DNA of 64,000 bases from an uncultured Clostridium sp. (GCA_900553945.1 USFR01000009.1:3070-67069), one strand, 5' to 3'. Counted from the stretch's first letter, positions 45,699-56,335 are shown. The notes: generated from the letters alone by a model not told the origin. Translations and numbers: made by a program.

Positions 45699-47468
45699 TT
45701 ATATATTATACTTTTCTCTTTTTTCATATTTGGTATGTAATAACTCATGAGCTTTGTGGCTTCCTGGTTTTTCTAGATAATCTTTATATATCTTTCTAAC
45801 TATTGGATTTTCGTGTGATTTTCTTATTGTGCTTTTTTCATCAATCGTATACAAGCTATCAGCTCTTAATTTTCTTATATCTTTTTCTGAACGTTCTTTT
45901 GAGCTTTTTATTGGTTGGCCTCCGCCCATCACACATCCGCCTGGACATGCCATAATTTCAATAAATTGATATTCAGATTTTCCTGATTTTATTTCTTCTA
46001 ATATTTCTTGCGCATTTTTCAATCCGCTAACTGCTGCTATTTTTATTTCTTTTCCAGCAATGTTTATTGTTGCTTTTTTTATTCCATCTCCACCTCTAAC
46101 TTGTTCAAAATCTATTTTTTCTAGGTCTTTTCCTGTTAAAGCATCTTGTGCAGTTCTTAGAGCTGCTTCCATTACTCCACCTGTTGTTCCAAATATTGCA
46201 GCAGCACCTGTTGCTTCTCCCATTGGGCTATCAAAATTTGTATCTTCTAATTTTTCAAATTCAATATTAGCTTGTTTTATCATTCTTGCTAATTCTCTTG
46301 TTGTAATTACATTATCAACATTGTACATTCCGTCGTTTTGTAATTCTTTTCTTTGTCTTTCAAACTTTTTAGCGATACATGGCATTACTGAAACCATATA
46401 AATTTTATTCGGATCTATTCCTTCTTTTTTTGCATAGTATGATTTTATAATTGCTCCAAACATTTCGTGAGGTGATTTGCAAGTTGATAAATGAGGTATC
46501 AATTCTGGATAATTCATTTCCATATACTTAACCCAACCTGGACTACATGACGTAATCATGGGAAGTACTCCATTTTCTGAAAATCTTTCTATAAACTCAT
46601 TTGCTTCTTCCATTATTGTTATATCTGCACCTGTATTTGTGTCAAATACTTTGTTAAATCCTAATCTTTTTAATGCTGTTACCATTTTTCCTGTAACGTT
46701 TGTTCCAACATCCATTTGGAATTCTTCTCCTAGTGCTACTCTTACAGCTGGTGCTGTTTGCACTACAACGAATGTATCTGGATCTTTTAATTTTACCCAT
46801 ACATCATTTATTGTTTCTTTTTCGTGAAGAGCTCCTGTTGGACAACTTTGAATACATTGTCCACAAAATGTACAGTTAACATCATTTAAACTATGATCTC
46901 CAACTGTTGATATACAAGATTCAAAGCCTCTATTTATGCAATCAATTGCTCCTATTCCTTGAACCTTTTTGCAAGCTGATATGCATCTTCTACAAAGTAT
47001 ACATTTTTCAAAATCTCTTACAATTGAAGGTGATAAGTCATCTATTTTATGTTTAGTTTTTTCACCTTCAAATTCTACATTAAGCACATTAAACTTTGTA
47101 GCTAATTTTTGCAACTCACAATTTCCAGAACGTGTACATGTTAAGCAATCTTTTGAGTGATTTGAAATTATTAAATCTAATATTACGTGTCTTGCTTCTA
47201 ATACATTTGGTGTATGTGTGTGTACAGCCATTCCTTCTTCAACTGTTTGTATGCAAGACGTTGCAAAGCCTTTTCTTCCTTCAACTTCCACAACACAAAT
47301 TCTACAATCTCCAACTTCATTTATATCTTTCAAAAAGCAAAGTGTTGGAATGTCAATTCCAGCTTCTTTTGCTGCTTGCAATATTGTGGTTCCTTTTTTT
47401 ACTTTTACTTCTTGCCCATCTATTTTAAGTTTTACAAATTCATTTTCCACTATTTTTTCTCCTTTCAA
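45699..47468 (-). CDS. hydA: [FeFe]-hydrogenase catalytic subunit (HydA of a HydABC-type complex)
   Basis: 589 aa. N-terminal 2Fe-2S and 4Fe-4S Cys clusters, then H-cluster motifs TSCSPGW, MPCIAKK and EIMACPGGCVMGGGQP. Confidence 0.92.
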   Translation of the reverse strand: MKGEKIVENEFVKLKIDGQEVKVKKGTTILQAAKEAGIDIPTLCFLKDINEVGDCRICVVEVEGRKGFATSCIQTVEEGMAVHTHTPNVLEARHVILDLIISNHSKDCLTCTRSGNCELQKLATKFNVLNVEFEGEKTKHKIDDLSPSIVRDFEKCILCRRCISACKKVQGIGAIDCINRGFESCISTVGDHSLNDVNCTFCGQCIQSCPTGALHEKETINDVWVKLKDPDTFVVVQTAPAVRVALGEEFQMDVGTNVTGKMVTALKRLGFNKVFDTNTGADITIMEEANEFIERFSENGVLPMITSCSPGWVKYMEMNYPELIPHLSTCKSPHEMFGAIIKSYYAKKEGIDPNKIYMVSVMPCIAKKFERQRKELQNDGMYNVDNVITTRELARMIKQANIEFEKLEDTNFDSPMGEATGAAAIFGTTGGVMEAALRTAQDALTGKDLEKIDFEQVRGGDGIKKATINIAGKEIKIAAVSGLKNAQEILEEIKSGKSEYQFIEIMACPGGCVMGGGQPIKSSKERSEKDIRKLRADSLYTIDEKSTIRKSHENPIVRKIYKDYLEKPGSHKAHELLHTKYEKREKYNI

Positions 47469-47484
47469 ATTGGACTTTGAAAAA

Positions 47485-49344
47485 TTAATTTCCTATTGCC
47501 TTAAATGGGCAACTTGTTATACAAGTTCCGCACTTAATACATTTGCCTTGGTTTATCGTTCTAATTTCTCTTGCTTCTCCTTCAATTGCTCCAACAGGAC
47601 AATTTCTTTGACATAATCCACAACCTTTACACTTCTCAGCATTAATAGTTATGTTAGACATTGACTTACATTCTAACGCTCTACATTCTTTTTGAATTGC
47701 ATGTTCTCTAAATTCTTCTCTGAAATATTTAAGTGTGCTTATAACTGGATTTGGTGCACTTTGTCCTAAACCGCATATGCTTGCTTTTTGAATATTTACA
47801 GCTAATTTTTCTAATTTATAAATATCTAATTCACTGCCTTCTCCATCACATAATCTTGTTAAAATTTCTAACATTCTTTTTGTTCCAATTCTGCAAGGTG
47901 TGCATTTTCCGCAACTTTCACTTACTGTAAATTCTAAATAAAATTTAGCTAAGCATACCATACATTTTGTATCATCCATTACTATTAATCCACCTGAACC
48001 CATCATTGATCCGATTTCTTTTAATGATTCATAGTCAATTGGTGTATCTAAATGTTCTTTTGGAATACATCCTCCTGACGGCCCACCTGTTTGAGCTGCT
48101 TTAAATTCTCTTCCATTTGGAATTCCACCACCTATGTCATATACTATTTCTCTTAATGTTGTTCCCATTGGTACTTCAACAAGACCTATATTATTTACAT
48201 TTCCACCTAGTGCAAATACCTTTGTTCCTTTAGATGTTTCTGTTCCTATTGATGAATACCATTCTGCGCCTTTTAATATTATTTGTGCAATGTTTGCATA
48301 TGTTTCAACATTATTTATTAGTGTTGGCTTTCCCCATAATCCGCTTTGTGCTGGATATGGCGGTTTTACTCTTGGTTGACCTCTTTTACCTTCTATTGAT
48401 TCTAGTAATGCTGTTTCTTCTCCACATACAAAAGCTCCAGCGCCTAATCTTATATCAACGTCAAAATCAAATTTTGTGCCAAAAATATTTTTTCCTAGTA
48501 TTCCATACTCTCTTGCTTGATCTATTGCAACTTGAAATCTATGTACTGCTATTGGATATTCTGCTCTAACATATATGTACCCTTGGTTTGCACCTATCGC
48601 ATATGCTGCTATTGCCATTGCTTCTAAAACTGAATGTGGATCTCCTTCTAGAATACTTCTATCCATAAAGGCTCCTGGGTCCCCTTCATCTGCATTACAT
48701 ACAACATATTTTTGTGTACCTTCCGAATTCCTTGTAAGTTCCCACTTCTTTCCTGTTGGGAACCCTGCTCCTCCACGGCCTCTTAAGCCTGATTGTTTTA
48801 TTGTTTCAATTACTTCTTCAGGAGTCATTTCTATTAAAACTCTTTCTAAAGCTTTGTATCCGTCAAATGCAATATATTCATCAATTTCTTCTGGATTAAT
48901 TACTCCACAATTTTTTAATGCAATTCTTTTTTGCTTTTTATAAAAACTTAATTCGTCTAATTTTTGTACTTTAGTTCCATCAATATCTTTACACAATAGT
49001 CTTTCAACTACTTCTCCATTTTGAATGTGTTTTTCAATTATCTCTTCACAATCTTCTGGCTTTACCATTGCATAAAATGTATCTTCTGGTCTTATTATTA
49101 CAATTGGTCCTTTTGCACATAGTCCAAAACAACCTGTTTGTATAACTCTTACGTTTTCTATATTTTTCTCTTTTAAAATTTCTCTAAATCTTTTCAAAAT
49201 CTCTGGTGATTTTGATGATGTACATCCTGTACCATGACATACTAATATATGTTTTTCCCTTGTATCTGATTTTGTATTTACACGTAAATCTAACTCAGCT
49301 CTTTTTTCTTTTCTAATCTGATTAATTTCTTCTATAGTTTTCAT
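47485..49344 (-). CDS. hydB: NuoF-like NADH-binding FMN/Fe-S subunit (HydB)
   Basis: 619 aa. GLRGRGGAGFPTGKKW, NADEGDPGAF, ESCGKCTPCR and two C-terminal ferredoxin CxxCxxCxxxCP motifs. Confidence 0.92.
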   Translation of the reverse strand: MKTIEEINQIRKEKRAELDLRVNTKSDTREKHILVCHGTGCTSSKSPEILKRFREILKEKNIENVRVIQTGCFGLCAKGPIVIIRPEDTFYAMVKPEDCEEIIEKHIQNGEVVERLLCKDIDGTKVQKLDELSFYKKQKRIALKNCGVINPEEIDEYIAFDGYKALERVLIEMTPEEVIETIKQSGLRGRGGAGFPTGKKWELTRNSEGTQKYVVCNADEGDPGAFMDRSILEGDPHSVLEAMAIAAYAIGANQGYIYVRAEYPIAVHRFQVAIDQAREYGILGKNIFGTKFDFDVDIRLGAGAFVCGEETALLESIEGKRGQPRVKPPYPAQSGLWGKPTLINNVETYANIAQIILKGAEWYSSIGTETSKGTKVFALGGNVNNIGLVEVPMGTTLREIVYDIGGGIPNGREFKAAQTGGPSGGCIPKEHLDTPIDYESLKEIGSMMGSGGLIVMDDTKCMVCLAKFYLEFTVSESCGKCTPCRIGTKRMLEILTRLCDGEGSELDIYKLEKLAVNIQKASICGLGQSAPNPVISTLKYFREEFREHAIQKECRALECKSMSNITINAEKCKGCGLCQRNCPVGAIEGEAREIRTINQGKCIKCGTCITSCPFKAIGN

Positions 49345-49380
49345 ATTCTCATTCCTTTCTGAGATTTTTCTTATTTATAA

Positions 49381-49860
49381 TTATTCTGTTTCTTTAATTT
49401 TGTCAATGATTTCATCTAGCATTTTTACTGTTGCTTTTCCATGTACTTCGTTATTTACTGTAAATACTGGTGCTAATCCACATGCTCCAACACATCTTGT
49501 TGCTTCAATTGAAAACATTCCGTCTTCTGTTGTTTCTCCTTCTTCAATTTTTAGTCTTTCTTTTAATCTGTCTAAGATTTTTTGTGATCCTTTAACATAG
49601 CATGCTGTTCCAAGACATACTGCTATATGATACTTTCCTTTTGGTTTTAAAGTAAATCTGGAATAAAAAGTTATTACTCCATAAATTTCTGCCATTGGCA
49701 TATTTAAATATTCTGAAATTTCTTTTTGTGCTTTCATCGGAATATATCCTGATTTTTCTTGAATGTCATTTAATATTTTTATTAAATTGCTCTTGTCTTT
49801 AGAATATTTTTCTAGAATTTCTTTGTATGTGCCTTGGCATTTGCATTGATTAGCCTCCAT
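49381..49860 (-). CDS. hydC: NuoE-like [2Fe-2S] thioredoxin-fold subunit (HydC)
   Basis: 159 aa. VCLGTACYVKG and CVGACGLAPV are cluster ligands. Confidence 0.9.
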   Translation of the reverse strand: MEANQCKCQGTYKEILEKYSKDKSNLIKILNDIQEKSGYIPMKAQKEISEYLNMPMAEIYGVITFYSRFTLKPKGKYHIAVCLGTACYVKGSQKILDRLKERLKIEEGETTEDGMFSIEATRCVGACGLAPVFTVNNEVHGKATVKMLDEIIDKIKETE

Positions 49861-50061
49861 AGGTACCTCCTATTTATATTTTTCATTTCTTCTCTCTGTG
49901 CAAAGTGCATTCTATTATAGTTTTTTCAATGCATTTCTATACTACTGCATTGTTATTTTTATATAATATGAAGTTTGGAGAACTTTTCTATTATATAAAA
50001 AATAAGTTAGCTTGATTATATCAAACTAACTTATTTTATTTCAACCTTTATTATTATTTTA

Positions 50062-50595
50062 TTATGCTTCTGGTTCTGCTATTCCAAAATTCTTTCCGTC
50101 TTTTAATTTATAAATTACATTTACTTTTCCAGTATCAATATCTATATATGCTAAGAATGTTTGTGTTGGTCTTTCTTCTAATTTTAATTTTGCATCTTCA
50201 ATAGACATTGGTTTTATTTCATAATATGTTGTTTTTATAACTTCACCGTCTATTGATTCTTCATGTTCTTGCATGCTTTCTTTTACTCTTAATGTTTCAT
50301 CTTTGTTGATTCTTTCTTTTTTAGTTTTGGCTTTTCTAATTTGTCTTTCTAATATGTCTATGTCTTCATCTATTGATGCATATAAGTCTTTGTTTTCTGT
50401 TACTGCTCTAAATGTTTCACCTTTGTATGATGCACTTATTTCAGCTATTTGTAATTCTCTTTCAATTCTAATCATAGCTTGTACATCTAGTTCGTCTGTT
50501 TCAAAGTATTTTTCTAATCTTCCTAATTTTTTCTCTATGTAGTCTTTTATTGCCTCTGTTGCTTTTAAATCTTTTCCTGTAATTTTTATATTCAT
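50062..50595 (-). CDS. hpf: Ribosome hibernation promoting factor, long form
   Basis: I use the ATG at 50595 behind the RBS aggagtg. MNIKITGKDLKATEAIKDYIEKKLGRLEKYF plus the C-terminal dimerisation domain. Confidence 0.9.
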   Translation of the reverse strand: MNIKITGKDLKATEAIKDYIEKKLGRLEKYFETDELDVQAMIRIERELQIAEISASYKGETFRAVTENKDLYASIDEDIDILERQIRKAKTKKERINKDETLRVKESMQEHEESIDGEVIKTTYYEIKPMSIEDAKLKLEERPTQTFLAYIDIDTGKVNVIYKLKDGKNFGIAEPEA

Positions 50596-50751
50596 TTTAA
50601 TCACTCCTTCTTTAGTTTCGTAATTTTATTATATATGTTGTTCGCTAAATTGTCAATCTTCTTATTTTTTAAATTTTTTGTTCAAATAGATTGCTTTTTG
50701 TCGAATTATATATTATTCTAATTCTATAAATAAAAGGGGAGGTATATATTT

Positions 50752-51099
50752 ATGATTAAGGAAAGAAATATCGTTTTATGTATTCTTTTGTCAATTATAA
50801 CATGTGGTATTTATGGAATCTATTGGTTCTGTACTTTAACTGATGATACAGCAAGAGCTAATGATGATCCAGACTTTTCAGGAATAAAGTCTCTTATATT
50901 CGCAATAATTACTTGTGGTATTTATGGACTATACTGGAATTATAAAGTTGCAAAAGAAGTATATGAAGCTGGACAGAAAAAAGGATTAGCAATTAGTGAT
51001 AATTCTGCAATTTGTTTAATTTGTTCTATATTTGGACTTGCAATAATAACTTATATTCTAGTTCAATCAGACTTAAACAAGATTGCACAACAACAATAA
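50752..51099 (+). CDS. DUF4234-like membrane protein
   Basis: 115 aa with the duplicated motif TCGIYGIYWF / TCGIYGLYWN. Confidence 0.7.
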   Translation: MIKERNIVLCILLSIITCGIYGIYWFCTLTDDTARANDDPDFSGIKSLIFAIITCGIYGLYWNYKVAKEVYEAGQKKGLAISDNSAICLICSIFGLAIITYILVQSDLNKIAQQQ

Positions 51100-51100
51100 T

Positions 51101-51454
51101 ATGCTATTGACTTTATTTTTAGGAATTCTAGTTATATTGCTTATGTATATATTGGGAATTCCTTGTTTTTTTTATAAAATAACTAATTTCTATTGTCCAG
51201 GTTGCGGATTTACACGTGCTGTATTTGCACTATTGCACCTTAATATATATCAAGCTCTTAGATATAATGTACTAATAATAATTTATATACCACTTATTTT
51301 ATATTGTATTTTTTACAAATTTATTTTAAAAAGAGATTGTCAGATTTCGAATTTAATTTTATACATAATTCTTATTTTAGTTTGTTTATTTGGAATATTG
51401 CGAAACATTCCGTATTTTAGTTACTTGGCACCTACTGTTGTTTCAACAATTTAA
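51101..51454 (+). CDS. DUF2752-like membrane protein
   Basis: I use the ATG at 51101, just after the upstream stop. The CPGCGFTRA motif is present. Confidence 0.7.
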   Translation: MLLTLFLGILVILLMYILGIPCFFYKITNFYCPGCGFTRAVFALLHLNIYQALRYNVLIIIYIPLILYCIFYKFILKRDCQISNLILYIILILVCLFGILRNIPYFSYLAPTVVSTI

Positions 51455-51455
51455 A

Positions 51456-51578
51456 AAAGAAACTCAATATGAAAATTTTTTCACACCTTACTGCTCTGTA
51501 TTCTACCTGCTTCAATCGAACTCACTTCGTTCGTTTGCCATTGTGCGGTGATTCGAAATTTTTATATTGAGTTTCTTT
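51456..51578. repeat. Hairpin-embedded intergenic element D
   Basis: Arms aaagaaactcaatatgaaaattt and aaatttttatattgagtttcttt pair with 1 mismatch. They enclose a 77-nt core that aligns by eye with the reverse complement of the element A core. Confidence 0.6.
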
Positions 51579-51588
51579 GTATGTTTTA

Positions 51589-52317
51589 TTAAATTAATTT
51601 TTCAACTTTATAGTCTTTTTCTAGTTTTTCATTAAAATAAATTCTGGTGATTAGTTCAAATTCTTTTAATGCATTTTCACTTATTGAAAATGAAAATAAT
51701 TTTTTTGAATCTGCTTTTAAGCTATATATAATTGCATACTTACTTCCTTCTGATAAATTTATTGCACTTTTGTCTTGCTTACTACAAACTGAGCATTTAA
51801 ATCCATCATCTTTTATGCTAAAAGATGATAAGTCTTCTTTTTCTCCACAACATACGCATTCATTAACATTGGGTGAGTAACCTAGTATTTTTAACAATCT
51901 CATTTTGAATACTGATATTATGAAGTCTAAATTTTTATCGCTTTCTGAAATTACATATAGTGTGTTTAAAAATAATTTTAATATGTAATAATTATTTTGA
52001 TTTTCGGTTGTTACGTCTGTTATTATTTTTATCAATGTTGCTGCATAGTTTAGTTTTTCTAAATCTACTCGTATATTGTAAAATATTTCTACAGGATCAC
52101 AGCTTTGAATTGTATATAAATCATTTGATTTTCTCAAAACATACTCTCCAAAGCATAGTAGTTGTGATCCTGCAAGTAACATACTTTTAGGCCTTTTTGC
52201 TCCTTTGGCTACACATGAAATTTTTCCAACGTTTGGTGTTAAGATTGTTAATATTTTATCTGAGTCTCCTAAACTGTTTTCAGCAATTACTATTCCGGTT
52301 GTTTTTATACTTTTCAT
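51589..52317 (-). CDS. recO: DNA repair protein RecO
   Basis: 242 aa. OB-fold N-terminus and a CxxC...CxxC zinc motif (CVCCGEKE...FKCSVCSK). era-yqzL-recO synteny. Confidence 0.88.
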   Translation of the reverse strand: MKSIKTTGIVIAENSLGDSDKILTILTPNVGKISCVAKGAKRPKSMLLAGSQLLCFGEYVLRKSNDLYTIQSCDPVEIFYNIRVDLEKLNYAATLIKIITDVTTENQNNYYILKLFLNTLYVISESDKNLDFIISVFKMRLLKILGYSPNVNECVCCGEKEDLSSFSIKDDGFKCSVCSKQDKSAINLSEGSKYAIIYSLKADSKKLFSFSISENALKEFELITRIYFNEKLEKDYKVEKLI

Positions 52318-52331
52318 TTATCTACATCCTC

Positions 52332-52430
52332 TCACAAGGATTCTTTATCTTTGCTTTCTTTATATTTTAAGTAATCCTCAACTTTTCCAGTTTCTTTAAA
52401 CTGGTTCCATTTTTCTTGTTTCTCGTTCAT
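52332..52430 (-). CDS. yqzL: YqzL-family small protein
   Basis: Not in the track (32 aa): MNEKQEKWNQFKETGKVEDYLKYKESKDKESL, behind the RBS gagagga. It sits in the conserved slot between era and recO, as in Bacillus. Confidence 0.6.
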   Translation of the reverse strand: MNEKQEKWNQFKETGKVEDYLKYKESKDKESL

Positions 52431-52468
52431 AATATCATCCTCTCTTAATAATATTATGAGCTTTCTAT

Positions 52469-53374
52469 CTATTTTGCATACTTAAATTTTTTCAAAATTT
52501 GTGTATTTTCATCCCATTTATTATCTACTTTTACCCATAACTTAAGGTTTATTTTAGTTCCAAAAATTTTCTCTAAATCATATCTTGCGCATTGTCCAAT
52601 TTTTTTAAGCATTTGTCCATCTTTTCCAATTATTATTCCCTTGTGTGATTCTCTCTTGCAATATATTGTTGCATCTATATCATATATTTCTTCTTTTTTT
52701 GTAGTTTTTCTATATTTAAATTTTGAAACTTCAACATAAATACCATGTGGCACTTCTTCGTTTAAAAATCTTAATGCTTTTTCACGTATTTTTTCTTCTG
52801 TTATTTGTCTTGAAGTTTGGTCTGTGTATTCATCTTCTTCATAATATCTAGGACCTGGTTTTAAAAGTTTTTCTATTTCATTTAAAACTGTTTCAGCATA
52901 TTTTCCTTTTGTTGCTTCTATTGGTATTACGCTTGAAAAATCATATTGTTTGCTATATTCTTCAATTATTTTAAATAAACTTTCTTTTTCTACTAAATCT
53001 ATTTTATTTATTATTAAAATTACTTTTTTATGTTTTTCTTTTAGTTTTTCTAAGATATATGTATCGCCTTTTCCTATTCCTTTGCTTGTTGCTTCAACCA
53101 TAAATAAAATAACATCAACATCTTGAAGTGATGCAAATGCTGTGTCTACCATTGTTTCGCTTAGCTTACTTTTTGGTTTATGTATTCCTGGTGTATCTAT
53201 AAATATGATTTGTGAGTTTTCTCTATTTGCAATTGCTCTAATTGCTAATCTTGTTGTTTGTGGTTTATTTGCTGTTATAGAAACATCTTCTTTTATTAAA
53301 TTATTTAATAGTGTTGACTTTCCAACGTTTGTCCTTCCAATTATTGATACAAATCCTGATTTAAATTCTGACAT
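52469..53374 (-). CDS. era: GTPase Era
   Basis: I use the ATG at 53374. FKSGFVSIIGRTNVGKSTLLN, DTPGIH, NKIDL and a C-terminal KH domain. Confidence 0.95.
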   Translation of the reverse strand: MSEFKSGFVSIIGRTNVGKSTLLNNLIKEDVSITANKPQTTRLAIRAIANRENSQIIFIDTPGIHKPKSKLSETMVDTAFASLQDVDVILFMVEATSKGIGKGDTYILEKLKEKHKKVILIINKIDLVEKESLFKIIEEYSKQYDFSSVIPIEATKGKYAETVLNEIEKLLKPGPRYYEEDEYTDQTSRQITEEKIREKALRFLNEEVPHGIYVEVSKFKYRKTTKKEEIYDIDATIYCKRESHKGIIIGKDGQMLKKIGQCARYDLEKIFGTKINLKLWVKVDNKWDENTQILKKFKYAK

Positions 53375-53520
53375 ATATTTCTCCAATCTCTTTTTTTACC
53401 TTTAATATTTTATCATATTTTAATTCTTTTAACAATATAATATATGGAAGGCTTTTCTTAATAGTATATTTAATTTGCAAACAAATAAACCAAGGAGTTT
53501 TTCCTTGGTTTGTTTGTTTT

Positions 53521-54633
53521 TTATTGTATTGTTAAATTTGCATTTGTTGGACATATTTCTATGAATGTGTTTCCATCATTTACTTGAATTTCATTTCCTT
53601 GACTGTCTTTATATACTGTTTGTGCACTTCTTGATTCTTTTGTACAAGTTATTGGAATTGCTTTTCCGTTTGTTATGTAATATCCTTCTTTAGTTCCTAT
53701 ATTTTTTATGTCTTGTCTTCCTTTTCCGCTTCCATCATTTAATGTATAATTATCTACTTTTGTTATTATTATATTTTTTGTTGTAATACTGCTTTCTGTT
53801 GTTGCATCTGTTTGTAATTTATTTCTTGCATATCTTGTATATGTCTGTGTTGTTTCATCATATTTAAAATTAACTTTTTGTAATGTTGAAAATGGTATAG
53901 TTACATTTGTTGCTGAAATTGCATCTGTTTTTTCATCTAATGTTACTGGATCTGCTACATAATTCAATACGCTTTTTTTATTTGATGTAGTTCTATAACC
54001 TTTTGATTCTGCTGTAGTTTTTATTGTTGCTAAATCGCATATTGAATTGTGTGGAGCTTTATATTTTCCTGATATTCTCCAGAATACATCTCCAGCTTTC
54101 CATGCTTTCCCTGTATCATATTCTAATCCGTTTACATTATTTATTCCTAGTTTCTTTATATCTGATTGCGCTTGTGGACTCCATCCAATGTGTGCATATA
54201 TTGCATCATTTTCTAATGCATAATCTAAGAAATAATGTCTTGAGCTTCTCATTGGTCCAACTTTGTCTGCGTCTGCTCCTTTAAATACTGCCATTAGTCT
54301 GGTCTCTCCACCTTCAACAATTATTTCATATACTGTATATGCTTTGCTAATTGAAAATTGTGGCCATGCATCACTATGATTATCAATCATACATGCTATT
54401 GGTCTATCTGTTCCCTTGAATATTTGAATTGTTTTTTCTGGTTCTGGTTCTTGAGCATTCTCTTCTTCTGGTATTTGGTCTGCTACATTAGTATTTACCT
54501 CTATAGTTTTCTTACTATTTACATATTTCCACCCCAAAAATGCACCTATTCCTATAATAATTAGTAATAAGATAATCAAAAAAATCTTTATTACTTTTTT
54601 TGAATTCTTTTCATCTGATTGATGTTTTCCCAT
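53521..54633 (-). CDS. DUF3048-domain protein (YerB-like), membrane anchored
   Basis: 370 aa. PIACMIDNHSDAWPQFSISKAYTVYEIIVEGGETRLMAVF...GPMRSSRHYF matches the DUF3048 core. Confidence 0.75.
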   Translation of the reverse strand: MGKHQSDEKNSKKVIKIFLIILLLIIIGIGAFLGWKYVNSKKTIEVNTNVADQIPEEENAQEPEPEKTIQIFKGTDRPIACMIDNHSDAWPQFSISKAYTVYEIIVEGGETRLMAVFKGADADKVGPMRSSRHYFLDYALENDAIYAHIGWSPQAQSDIKKLGINNVNGLEYDTGKAWKAGDVFWRISGKYKAPHNSICDLATIKTTAESKGYRTTSNKKSVLNYVADPVTLDEKTDAISATNVTIPFSTLQKVNFKYDETTQTYTRYARNKLQTDATTESSITTKNIIITKVDNYTLNDGSGKGRQDIKNIGTKEGYYITNGKAIPITCTKESRSAQTVYKDSQGNEIQVNDGNTFIEICPTNANLTIQ

Positions 54634-54656
54634 AGTTCTTCCCTTCTCTCTGGTAA

Positions 54657-55133
54657 TTATTCATCACCTCGAGTTATATTAAGTTTTTTAAGTATGGTTT
54701 CTTCCTTTTCTCTCATCTCAGTTCTGTCAACTAATTCTATATGATCATACCCCATCAAGTGGTAGAAACCATGAACCACCATATATGCTAATTCTCTTTC
54801 AAATGAATGTCCATATTCTTCTGCTTGTTCTTTTACTTTTTCAATTGAAATTACTATATCTCCAAGCGGTTCTTCTATTTCATTTATAACATTTGGTATT
54901 TCCTCTTTTTCAAACATTGGAAATGATAATACATCTGTTGCTTTGTTGATTTTTCTATATGTATTATTCATTTCTTGTATTTGATTTGGTGTTGTTAGTA
55001 TAACACTTAAGTATAAATGTGTTTTTAATAGATTTTCTTCTTCAAAACATTTTTCGACAACTTTTTCTATTATTTTCGAATATTCTTCATCTTCTTCTAT
55101 ATCTAAAAATTCTATTTGTGTTAAATTTCTCAT
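54657..55133 (-). CDS. ybeY: rRNA maturation endoribonuclease YbeY
   Basis: 158 aa with the HGFYHLMGYDH zinc motif. Confidence 0.93.
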   Translation of the reverse strand: MRNLTQIEFLDIEEDEEYSKIIEKVVEKCFEEENLLKTHLYLSVILTTPNQIQEMNNTYRKINKATDVLSFPMFEKEEIPNVINEIEEPLGDIVISIEKVKEQAEEYGHSFERELAYMVVHGFYHLMGYDHIELVDRTEMREKEETILKKLNITRGDE

Positions 55134-56335
55134 TAATTTGCCTTTCTACTTATTTTTCTATATTTAATGCTTGTCTTACAATTATTTTTTATATTTTTCA
55201 TTACTCCATATGATATAAGTCTATCTTTATAAAATTGTATAATTTCTTTATTTTGCTTATTATTCTCTAATATATCAATTTCTCTTTTTAAGAATAAAAT
55301 TTCTTTTTCTCTTGATGTTTCAGCTTTTTCATATTCTGAATAAAATTTCTTATACTTTTCTCTTTCGTCCATTTTTTCCCAGTATACTTTTCCTGATAAC
55401 AATTTAATATCATATGCCTCAAGTAAATCTAGTAACAAATTATATGTTTCCATTTTTTCCTTTTCATCTTTTGTTATAACAATTAATTTTCTTGTATCAT
55501 TTAATAGTTTGTTATAGCACTGTTCTGCTGCTACCAATGGTAAGCTATGAGTAAATATTTGTCTACTAATTCCTAGTAAAATCATATTCTTTTCAATATA
55601 ATCTTTCGCATCTAGTTGTCCAATATCAAATTGATCTAACCTATGTATTTCTGTACCCATTTTTTCTTCTAGTAAGTTAGTTTCATCTTGCATTTTTATA
55701 TATAAAATCTTTGAAACATATTCATCTAAAATATCAAAAATTTTATTATAAATATCTATATTGTTATTATTTATTCTTCTTGAACATTCTGCAAGTTTTA
55801 CTGAATAATTTTTTAGTATACCTTTATAAAATGTATCCATTTGTGCAATATAAAAATCTTTGTATCTTTCTAAAGTTTTACTTTTAGCATTCATTTTTAA
55901 AGATTCATAATCTAGTTCAATTAAATATTTTTGCTTTTGGTATTTATACTCTGCATAGTCAGTTGATTTTAATGTTGTAATTTTATAATAATTTCCCATT
56001 GCTTCTTTTTCAAATTCAGAAGCTGTATTAGTTTTTACTTTTTTATATACTGTATCCATAATATGTTTGTCTATTGCTTCTAAATAAAGGGAATAAGCCT
56101 CTTGATATTTTGAAGATATCACTTTTTTCTTTTCTTCATCACTGGTTTTCGAATTATTCATTATGTCATATGATTTTAATAAATTGTTTCTTTTTAAATT
56201 AATTACAAATCCATTTATTCCGATTTTTGTTGGAATTATTATTTTTGATAAAGTTTTACTTAGTTTTCCAAAAAAGGTTTTGTTTGAATCTACTACTTTT
56301 AGACTTCTTTCTTCCAATTTTATTTCTCCTTTCAC
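55133..56335 (-). CDS. Hypothetical 400-aa helical protein embedded in the yqfCD-ybeY operon
   Basis: Both ends overlap neighbouring genes (4 nt with yqfD, 1 nt with ybeY). K/E/Y/N-rich with no TM helix and no recognised motif. Confidence 0.55.
   Translation of the reverse strand: MKGEIKLEERSLKVVDSNKTFFGKLSKTLSKIIIPTKIGINGFVINLKRNNLLKSYDIMNNSKTSDEEKKKVISSKYQEAYSLYLEAIDKHIMDTVYKKVKTNTASEFEKEAMGNYYKITTLKSTDYAEYKYQKQKYLIELDYESLKMNAKSKTLERYKDFYIAQMDTFYKGILKNYSVKLAECSRRINNNNIDIYNKIFDILDEYVSKILYIKMQDETNLLEEKMGTEIHRLDQFDIGQLDAKDYIEKNMILLGISRQIFTHSLPLVAAEQCYNKLLNDTRKLIVITKDEKEKMETYNLLLDLLEAYDIKLLSGKVYWEKMDEREKYKKFYSEYEKAETSREKEILFLKREIDILENNKQNKEIIQFYKDRLISYGVMKNIKNNCKTSIKYRKISRKAN

Noticed and set aside
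49861-49960. Possible Rex operator upstream of the hydCBA operon (tgcaaagtgca-like segment)
   Set aside because: It does not match the TTGTGAA-N4-TTCACAA type palindrome on inspection. The idea came only from the known Rex control of hydrogenases.
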